Shown here one piece after another: positions 1 through 5,285 of a stretch of DNA of 5,285 bases. The stretch comes from a virus (Duplodnaviria; Heunggongvirae; Uroviricota; Caudoviricetes). The stretch is taken from IMG/VR virus record IMGVR_UViG_3300014523_000071. One strand, 5' to 3'. Made by a program: the position numbers and the translations under genes. The notes under the pieces were generated by a model. It saw nothing but the letters and a program-made list of their open reading frames with translations. It was not told where the DNA came from and did not search any database. The number at the start of each line of letters is the position of its first letter. Positions within the stretch are counted from its first letter, which is position 1.

Positions 1-1836
1 TTCTGCTGTAATTTGGCTTGAAAGTATAGGGCGTATCGCATTTGCAGCATTATTTAGCGCTCTTTCATAGGCTGGTGTTCCTGCTTTGGTGTTTGCCAAA
101 CGTAAGAGAGCATTCCTTGCTGCTTTTGACTCATACAAGCGCATCATTGCACCGAAACCAGCCTCAAGCCCCATTGATACGCCAAGAGTCGCAGTTGCGC
201 CAATCGTCCTTATCCTGTTGGCTTGCGATTGCCCCGTCTGAGTTACTACATTTGCGGTGTCTGACCTTGCTGTTTGCTGTAGAACTTCATGAAGAGAATC
301 AAGCTCTTTCATGTGCTTTCCAGAAAAAATAGTGTTGTAAATTTCACCGCCTGACTGAGATTTCAGCTTATTAACTTCAGTGATGAACTTGGCTGGAGAG
401 TCCCCGGCCTTTTCCGCTATTTTGCTGACGTAAGCTGCACGCATAGCATCTTTCCCCTTATCATCCAGTGCGCTCCAGATTCGTTTCACGTCAGATGGTT
501 TTCTGCTTAATACAACGGTATTTATAAGTTCAGGACTGGCTTCACTGCTTGCCTTGTTGAGCTTGTTGGCAATGTTTTTATTAAGCACCTTATTATAAAC
601 GTTTGCATAATCGGAATTTGCTTTAAGGTATTTTGCTGCGTCTGATGCACCGAGGTTTTTAGCAACTGCGTTACGAAGGTCTTTTGACATTGCATTCTCT
701 ACCATATTGGTAGCTGCTTTTGCCTGGTTGGGGAAGACCATAGCATCTCCCTGAACATTAGATCTAAATGCTGTTCTGTGCTGACGCAAGAGATCAAACG
801 TAACATCCAAATCAGTTGCAGGGTTTGCTAATTCTTCACGTAGGTTACGCAAGGATGTAAGCAGGCTTTGATTGGCAGACGTCCCAAGCCGTTCCTGTCT
901 TGCGATCGCTGTATTCAGAGCATTCATGGTATTTGTTGTATCAACTGCGGCATTACCCATTTTATTGGTGACGTCATTGATAACAGCGCCAGCGGCATCC
1001 TTCCGTCCCCTTAACGTGGTGGTCAGAGATTTCACCACATCATCAGGGTTGTACTCACCAAAACGGTCAAAATAATTACTTACCAGTTTACTACGCGTTG
1101 CATATTGCTCCGCTCGCTTTGATCCTGTCCCGAGCAAAGCCCCCTCGGCATCCTGAGTAAGGCCGCGAGTGAAAGCATTTTTCGGCGGGATAACATCAGA
1201 TGTCATTGGTGTCACGCCCATCGATTCTGATGTGGCAATTTTCTTCGCCACTTCTGGCGCAATATCACCTTTTATAGCCGTTATTCCACGCCCTATTCCC
1301 TTTGCTGCTGCGGAAAGAACACCCTGAGCGGCAAGGTTAACTCCGGCATTTTTAGCTGCATTTTGTGCGAAATCGCCTTTCTGATTTGCGGCCTCTGCCA
1401 GTGAGCCAATAGCCATGCTTCCTGCCGTTCCAACTCCTGGAACTAAATACCCGCCAATTGTTTCTCCAGCTTGCGCATAAGGGTCTGTCGGTCGATTGAC
1501 TGGACGATAGACATCATCCAATACTTTTGGCCCACCAAGCCCCTGACTGATTGCATTAATCAGACTTGCGCCACCCTGCAATACGTCAAATGGTATGTTT
1601 ACCAGACCACGACCAGCCTGTTCTGCAATTTGCCCTGCACTTTGACCACCAGTGAGCCAATCGCCAGCTTGTTGCATCAATGATGGTTCTTCCCGTGTTG
1701 GTGCATTATTGGCCTGATTAACTGTTTGTTGCTGAACAGCCTGACCAGCAAAATACTCATCAATGGCGGTGCCAATATCTTCGGTGCTCGTACCATCAGG
1801 AAAGGTAAATGTCTTACCGTTTGCAGTTACTTTCAT
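1..1836 (-). CDS. Large phage virion-associated protein (tape-measure-like or DNA-ejection/internal-protein-like), partial; 3' end lies beyond the left window edge, 612 codons in window
   Basis: I checked every plus-strand triplet from position 1 to 1836 in this register and found no tta/cta/tca, so the minus frame is open throughout. Start ATG is at 1836-1834 and overlaps the upstream gene's stop (minus-strand TGATG). N-terminus reads [31 protein letters not shown]; the protein is Ala/Gly-rich. Plus-strand ORFs across this span are all under 100 aa. Family assignment is inference only. Confidence 0.8.
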   Translation of the reverse strand, partial: MKVTANGKTFTFPDGTSTEDIGTAIDEYFAGQAVQQQTVNQANNAPTREEPSLMQQAGDWLTGGQSAGQIAEQAGRGLVNIPFDVLQGGASLINAISQGLGGPKVLDDVYRPVNRPTDPYAQAGETIGGYLVPGVGTAGSMAIGSLAEAANQKGDFAQNAAKNAGVNLAAQGVLSAAAKGIGRGITAIKGDIAPEVAKKIATSESMGVTPMTSDVIPPKNAFTRGLTQDAEGALLGTGSKRAEQYATRSKLVSNYFDRFGEYNPDDVVKSLTTTLRGRKDAAGAVINDVTNKMGNAAVDTTNTMNALNTAIARQERLGTSANQSLLTSLRNLREELANPATDLDVTFDLLRQHRTAFRSNVQGDAMVFPNQAKAATNMVENAMSKDLRNAVAKNLGASDAAKYLKANSDYANVYNKVLNKNIANKLNKASSEASPELINTVVLSRKPSDVKRIWSALDDKGKDAMRAAYVSKIAEKAGDSPAKFITEVNKLKSQSGGEIYNTIFSGKHMKELDSLHEVLQQTARSDTANVVTQTGQSQANRIRTIGATATLGVSMGLEAGFGAMMRLYESKAARNALLRLANTKAGTPAYERALNNAANAIRPILSSQITAE

Positions 1837-2828
1837 CATTCCACCGTAAATTGAATGCCTGATTTTGAGGTATATGATCCGGATTGACTCTGCTGCTGTT
1901 GGGTATTTGTCGGTTGTTGGTTATTGCTCTGTTGTTGACTATTTGCAGCACTTGAAACCACCAAAGCATCATAAACGCGACCAGACTGACCACGTAATGA
2001 GTTATATTGGCCCTGCATTTTTCGCATTTTTGTTTCAGTAGCAGCCTTGGAATCACCAGGCTGAGGCAGGTACATTTTGGAATACTCCTGCATCTCTGGC
2101 AGAGTAATTGCTGCACCTGTTTCTGGGCGCAAAATTGCATACAAGGCGTCTCTCGCATTTACCATATATTGCTGCTCCGCTGGTGATAGGCTTAAATTTG
2201 CAATAGTCCCATCACCAAGAGAGCGATTTATTAATGCAACTCGCTTAGGGTCAATGCTTTTACTAAGCTGATTCATTGAGTCCATTGAATCTTTTAATCG
2301 CAAAGCAAATCCTGCCGCCTTCTTGGAACCCTCATTAGCCTTATCTATGATGCTTTGCGCTTGTGGCAAACTAATTGGTTTAATGCCATCACCAGATATA
2401 GGTTGGTTTAGTTTTCCGGCTTCCTCGCTGCCATCGGTGTAATACTTAGTTACCGAGCCATCAGGATTGGTTTCAACCTTAAGTAATTTCTTAGCATTGG
2501 GATTAATTCCCGCCGCTGCCGCAAATGCCGCTGCACCATCTGGATCCGCCTTTAACATTTGCGCGTACTGATTGTAATTCTGCATTGCGACTGTTGGTGC
2601 ATATGCTGACGTTAACGCATTTGCTCGGCTAATATCCTGCCCTCTCGCCTGAAGTGCCTCGCCAGCCTGATTGCTGCGGATTGTCTCTGCCAGTCTGCCT
2701 CGGTCAATCTCACGACCAGCCATCTTGTCCTGAACAGCAAACGCCTTTTCTGGTCCAAGCGCACCGAGAGACATAGTAGTCAGCATGTGTGATAGCTGCT
2801 CTGGATTCTGGATACCTGTCTGAATCAT
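1836..2828 (-). CDS. Phage virion-associated protein with Gln-rich low-complexity C-terminus; probably a 5'-truncated remnant (frame stays open to 2942 with no start codon)
   Basis: 330-codon minus-strand ORF ending in TGA at 1838-1836, coupled to the downstream gene. No Shine-Dalgarno precedes the ATG at 2828. The same frame continues upstream as [38 protein letters not shown] with no ATG/GTG/TTG until a stop at 2945-2943. C-terminal tail is Q/N/S/T-rich ([19 protein letters not shown]). Confidence 0.7.
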   Translation of the reverse strand: MIQTGIQNPEQLSHMLTTMSLGALGPEKAFAVQDKMAGREIDRGRLAETIRSNQAGEALQARGQDISRANALTSAYAPTVAMQNYNQYAQMLKADPDGAAAFAAAAGINPNAKKLLKVETNPDGSVTKYYTDGSEEAGKLNQPISGDGIKPISLPQAQSIIDKANEGSKKAAGFALRLKDSMDSMNQLSKSIDPKRVALINRSLGDGTIANLSLSPAEQQYMVNARDALYAILRPETGAAITLPEMQEYSKMYLPQPGDSKAATETKMRKMQGQYNSLRGQSGRVYDALVVSSAANSQQQSNNQQPTNTQQQQSQSGSYTSKSGIQFTVE

Positions 2829-2942
2829 CCAGTCAGCATTAGCACCAACGCGATTTAACCTGTCCTTGTTGTCAGTAATGAATTTACTGTAGGCTTCCGG
2901 TCCCTGAGAAAGAGCGACGTTACCGTAATAGTCCCCTGTCGG

Positions 2943-3215
2943 TTAGGGAAGCTGCGTGTTGAGCTGGAAGCAACAGAGAACAACCTCATTGATAGTGAAT
3001 GCCATGTTGCTGAACTGGAAGAAGCACTACGCGACAAGCAGGCGTTACTTGAAGCCTCAGAAAAGCGCATAGCAGAACAAAGCTCGATTGTTACAGCCGC
3101 TGAAAAACTGGTTCGCTGTAAAGGCCGCTATCACAGTGAGCAAAACTATCGTGCGCTGGCTGCATTGTTTGGCGTAACAGTGCCGGATTTACCACCACTG
3201 CAAGCAGATGATTAA
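2943..3215 (+). pseudogene. 5'-truncated fragment of an Ea22-like coiled-coil early-left-operon protein (C-terminal ~90 codons, no start codon)
   Basis: Plus frame is open from 2859 to TAA at 3213-3215 with no in-frame ATG. Translation LGKLRVELEATENNLIDSECHVAELEEALRDKQALLEASEKRIAEQ... is heptad-like. The GKLRVELE and KRIA motifs match what I recall of phage lambda Ea22 (memory only, not searched). It ends 10 nt before the SD and ATG of the next gene. Confidence 0.45.
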
Positions 3216-3225
3216 GGACTAACCT

Positions 3226-3798
3226 ATGACCACTATTACCAAAGAGCGACTACTGACAATCAAGCAGTGGCGCGAAACATACGGACCTGGTAGCAACGTT
3301 GTACTGCCAGCAGAAGAAGCGGAAGAACTGGCACGAATTGCTCTGGCATCGCTGGAAGCAGAACCTGTAAGCCAAACTTACAACTTGCCACAAACGCACT
3401 TTGAACAGGTTGCTGACCTTTACGAAATGCAATTTGATGACGGACGCACTTGTGCCTTTCATACTGATGCACAAAAGGCTGCGCAATGGCTTCGGGCATG
3501 CGACGGAAACAGGGTTCAGGAATACGTGAAACTGGAGCGACTGCAGAACGCGCTATCGGGCAACTCTCCGGTAATTCCGGATAGTTGGATAAGCTGTAGT
3601 GAGCGAATGCCGGAAAAGAATCAGAACGTGCTTATTTCGGTGAATTTCGATAGCTCTCTGGTTGAACCGCTAATATGCTCCGCACGCTATACCGGAAGCA
3701 CCTTTCGGCGCGGAGATGCAACGATTAAGCCGGGTAATGGTATTGAGCAAGCAACTCACTGGATTCCGCTACCGGAACCGCCGCAGGAGGCGAAATGA
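3226..3798 (+). CDS. DUF551-like phage protein (variable N-terminal domain plus C-terminal DUF551-type domain)
   Basis: 190-aa ORF with SD AAGGA 7 nt upstream of ATG 3226. C-terminal region WISCSERMPEKNQNVLISV...ATHWIPLPEPPQEAK fits the DUF551 signature as I recall it (W-I-x-x-x-E-R-x-P-E ... T-H-W-x-P-L-P-E-P-P). Stop TGA overlaps the next start (ATGA). Confidence 0.8.
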   Translation: MTTITKERLLTIKQWRETYGPGSNVVLPAEEAEELARIALASLEAEPVSQTYNLPQTHFEQVADLYEMQFDDGRTCAFHTDAQKAAQWLRACDGNRVQEYVKLERLQNALSGNSPVIPDSWISCSERMPEKNQNVLISVNFDSSLVEPLICSARYTGSTFRRGDATIKPGNGIEQATHWIPLPEPPQEAK

Positions 3799-4052
3799 TG
3801 GATGTAAAAGAGAAGGTTTTGCAGGTGATGCGTTCCCGGGCTGCCCTGCAAGATAAAGCTCTCGGCGGGGAATATCCATTCAGAATGGCAACCTGGAATT
3901 TGCGGTTGGCAATGGAGAAGGAATTTCCTGATGAAGAATGGCGTTCGGCAGATTTGCGCAAAATTCTTATGGAGANNNNNNNNNNNNNNNNNNNNNNNNN
4001 NNNNCATGCCAGCCGGATTGGTCAGGCGGTATGGAGACTGGAGGTGCGGTAA
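3795..4052 (+). CDS. Hypothetical small phage protein, interrupted by a 29-nt N run
   Basis: ATG at 3795 and 3798 preceded by GGAGG at 3786-3790. It overlaps the stop of the upstream gene and its own TAA overlaps the next ATG (TAATG at 4050-4054). The frame is maintained across the N block if the N count equals the true length. No family recognised. Confidence 0.65.
   Translation: MMDVKEKVLQVMRSRAALQDKALGGEYPFRMATWNLRLAMEKEFPDEEWRSADLRKILMEXXXXXXXXXXHASRIGQAVWRLEVR
3976..4004. other. Run of 29 N (assembly gap or masked bases) inside a CDS
   Basis: Directly visible in the sequence. Confidence 0.99.
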
Positions 4053-4333
4053 TGGCTAACCTGCAACTTGCCGTCAAAGGTGAATACTTCGATGCCATGA
4101 TTCGCGGAGATAAAACGGAAGAGTATCGCCTGTGTAATGACTACTGGAATAAGCGAATTATGTTCCGGGAATATGACCGCCTGATTATCACAAAGGGATA
4201 TCCGAAGCGCGACGACTCCAGTCGCAGAATTGATGTTCCGTATGGAGGATATGAAGTGAAAACAATCACACACCCCCACTTCGGTGATAAGCCGGTAAAG
4301 GTATACGCGATAAAGGTGAATATCAATTGCTAA
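4052..4333 (+). CDS. ASCH-domain-like (PUA-fold) small protein, 93 aa
   Basis: Strong SD GGAGGTG at 4040-4046, 7 nt before ATG 4052. N-terminal LAVKGEYFDAMIRGDKTEEYR contains the GxKxxExR motif characteristic of ASCH domains, in the usual N-terminal position, and the size is right for an ASCH fold. I placed the start at 4052 rather than the track's 3938 because of the SD and the TAATG coupling. Confidence 0.8.
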   Translation: MANLQLAVKGEYFDAMIRGDKTEEYRLCNDYWNKRIMFREYDRLIITKGYPKRDDSSRRIDVPYGGYEVKTITHPHFGDKPVKVYAIKVNINC

Positions 4334-4349
4334 ATTAGTGGCATAGCAT

Positions 4350-4388
4350 AAAGATGCTTGCATTAATGAAGTGTGTATAATAACGCCT
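4350..4388 (+). promoter_or_regulatory. Candidate sigma70 extended -10 promoter (TGTGTATAAT) for the downstream small ORF
   Basis: Perfect TATAAT at 4376-4381 immediately preceded by TG at 4374-4375, in an AT-rich intergenic region. There is no good -35 at 17-bp spacing. The palindrome CATTAATG at 4361-4368 lies just upstream. Confidence 0.45.
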
Positions 4389-4444
4389 CATCAATTGTAA
4401 ACTACTGAAATAGCAAAAAATGCATATTAAAGAGGATTCGAAAA

Positions 4445-4636
4445 TTGAAAATGTTCATGCAAATAGACAGACGCATAGATCTTAATGGCAATTCATACTT
4501 AGTTAGATGCGAAGAGAGGCCTAACGGTGAGTGGCGTGTATATGATATTGACCGTAAGATCAATATCAGCACCATGAACAAAGACACTGCCTTTGATGAA
4601 TGGAAAGCTGAAGCTAAAAAACAACATAATTCGTAG
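4445..4636 (+). CDS. Small hypothetical protein (61-63 aa)
   Basis: SD AGAGGA at 4431-4436. Start is either TTG 4445 (8-nt spacing) or ATG 4451; stop TAG at 4634-4636. Translation MFMQIDRRIDLNGNSYLVRCEERPNGEWRVYDIDRK... matches no family I recognise. Local sequence is noticeably AT-rich relative to its flanks. Confidence 0.6.
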   Translation: MKMFMQIDRRIDLNGNSYLVRCEERPNGEWRVYDIDRKINISTMNKDTAFDEWKAEAKKQHNS

Positions 4637-4678
4637 AATTACAAAAACCCTAACCAATTGATGGATTTCTTTTATCTG

Positions 4679-4703
4679 AACTCGCTACAGCGAGTTTTGT
4701 TTT
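4679..4703 (+). terminator. Candidate rho-independent terminator or attenuator hairpin
   Basis: 7-bp stem AACTCGC / GCGAGTT (4679-4685 with 4690-4696), loop TACA, followed by TTTGTTTT. The T tract runs directly into the SD and start of the next gene, so read-through is plausible. Confidence 0.5.
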
Positions 4704-4715
4704 ATGGAGATGATT

Positions 4716-5015
4716 ATGGCCTGTTCAACATTCAACCCTCTAACGTTACAGAAATACCAGCCAGCCCCTGAAGATTTATGCTCACTGTGTGGCGGAAATC
4801 ATGGTAAAGCCGCCATGATTGAATGTAAGGACAAAATCCACATTTGCCTTAATTGCGTTGATGTCCTCGTTGATATCAAAAATGAGAGAGAAGATAAAAA
4901 GCGTAGCGAGGCTGTTCGAGCCTTAGATTCATGGATGCGAGATGGGTATAGTGCCGCGCAAATTTATGACTTAGCAATATCAAAAGGCGAAATACCAGGA
5001 GTGCGCATCGAATAA
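4716..5015 (+). CDS. Small Cys4 zinc-ribbon protein (CxxC...CxxC) with helical C-terminal half
   Basis: SD GGAGA at 4706-4710, 5 nt before ATG 4716 (the track's 4704 start is in the same frame). Contains CSLCGG and, 18 residues later, CLNCVD, which is typical zinc-ribbon spacing. Flanked by hairpin terminators on both sides. Confidence 0.7.
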   Translation: MACSTFNPLTLQKYQPAPEDLCSLCGGNHGKAAMIECKDKIHICLNCVDVLVDIKNEREDKKRSEAVRALDSWMRDGYSAAQIYDLAISKGEIPGVRIE

Positions 5016-5052
5016 GACGTAACCAATATTTGTATTGAAGAACTGAAAGAAC

Positions 5053-5079
5053 AAGCCGCCTGATGGCGGTTTATTTTTG
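5053..5079 (+). terminator. Rho-independent terminator
   Basis: 8-bp stem AAGCCGCC / GGCGGTTT (one G-U pair), loop TGAT, followed by ATTTTTG; about 40 nt after the stop of the zinc-ribbon CDS. Confidence 0.6.
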
Positions 5080-5093
5080 CCTGGAGAATTAAG

Positions 5094-5285
5094 ATGACCG
5101 ATACCAGCCTGATTCCTGAGAAAGAAGTGATGAACAAGCTCGGTGTTTCATCACGTCAGACAATCTGGAACTATACCAAACGGCACGGATTTCCGAAGCC
5201 AGTCAGAACCCACCCCAAATCATACCTTCGTGAAGCTGTTGAGGGGTGGATTCTTAACGGTGGCGTTAATCAGAAATGCTCCTGA
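5094..5285 (+). CDS. AlpA/Xis-family (excisionase-like) HTH DNA-binding protein
   Basis: SD GGAGA at 5083-5087, 6 nt before ATG 5094. The 63-aa product fits the Phage_AlpA / excisionase HTH pattern (EVMNKLGVSSRQTIWNYTKRHGFPKP...SYLREAVEGWI). Stop TGA is the last codon of the window. Confidence 0.8.
   Translation: MTDTSLIPEKEVMNKLGVSSRQTIWNYTKRHGFPKPVRTHPKSYLREAVEGWILNGGVNQKCS

Noticed and set aside
42-1683. Plus-strand ORFs 42..332, 872..1075 and 1471..1683
   Set aside because: All lie antisense inside the long uninterrupted minus-strand frame 1..1836, are short and have no SD. Treated as spurious shadow ORFs.
1814-2271. Minus ORF 1814..2158 (114 aa) and plus ORF 2077..2271 (64 aa)
   Set aside because: Both overlap the 330-codon minus-strand CDS in other frames. 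The longer, translationally coupled frame is the more parsimonious gene.
2859-2942. Plus-strand coding extension of the Ea22-like fragment upstream of 2943
   Set aside because: The frame is open but has no start codon, and the translation ([15 protein letters not shown]...) does not continue the coiled-coil pattern. More likely this is the antisense of the truncated minus-strand gene.
2855-3070. Minus ORF 2855..3070 (71 aa) spanning the junction
   Set aside because: Ser/Ala-rich low-complexity translation, antisense to the coiled-coil Ea22-like frame, no SD.
3938-4051. Upstream extension of the ASCH gene to ATG 3938 or ATG 4031
   Set aside because: It would overlap the preceding gene by more than 100 nt and read across the N run. 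The strong SD and TAATG coupling favour the start at 4052.
4358-4363. TTGCAT as the -35 element for the TATAAT at 4376
   Set aside because: Spacing to the -10 is only 12 bp, so it cannot serve as the -35; the promoter is better described as extended -10 type.
3250-4587. Minus-strand ORFs 3250..3486, 3260..3499, 3725..3961, 3756..4007, 4022..4363, 4141..4326 and 4402..4587
   Set aside because: All are antisense to well-supported plus-strand genes that have SD sequences and coupled start/stop codons; several also read through the N block.
1-5285. CRISPR arrays, tRNA/rRNA genes, IS elements or terminal inverted repeats
   Set aside because: No regularly spaced direct repeats, no tRNA-like or rRNA-like sequence and no transposase-like ORF were seen on either strand.

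Overview
This window reads as the integrase-proximal end of a decayed lambdoid-type prophage, from sequence alone (no searches run). Positions 1-2942 are minus-strand coding for two large, translationally coupled Ala/Gly/Gln-rich virion-type proteins; the downstream one runs off the left edge and the upstream one appears to lack its 5' end. At about 2940 this block abuts, head-to-head and with no intergenic DNA, a start-less plus-strand fragment that resembles the C-terminal part of a lambda Ea22-like coiled-coil protein. I read this as a large internal deletion junction, or possibly an assembly chimera. Downstream on the plus strand is a tightly coupled three-gene cassette: a DUF551-like protein, a small hypothetical protein interrupted by a 29-N run, and a 93-aa ASCH-like protein carrying a GxKxxExR motif. 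It is followed by an AT-rich self-contained unit (extended -10 promoter, 63-aa ORF, hairpin), a Cys4 zinc-ribbon protein with its own terminator, and an AlpA/Xis-family HTH gene whose stop is the last codon of the window. An integrase and attachment site are expected just beyond the right edge. I see no rRNA, tRNA or CRISPR array. The best candidates for an undescribed system are the DUF551/ASCH cassette and the two small stand-alone units, which sit where lambdoid phages usually carry accessory and anti-defence genes. All functional calls are motif-level inference.
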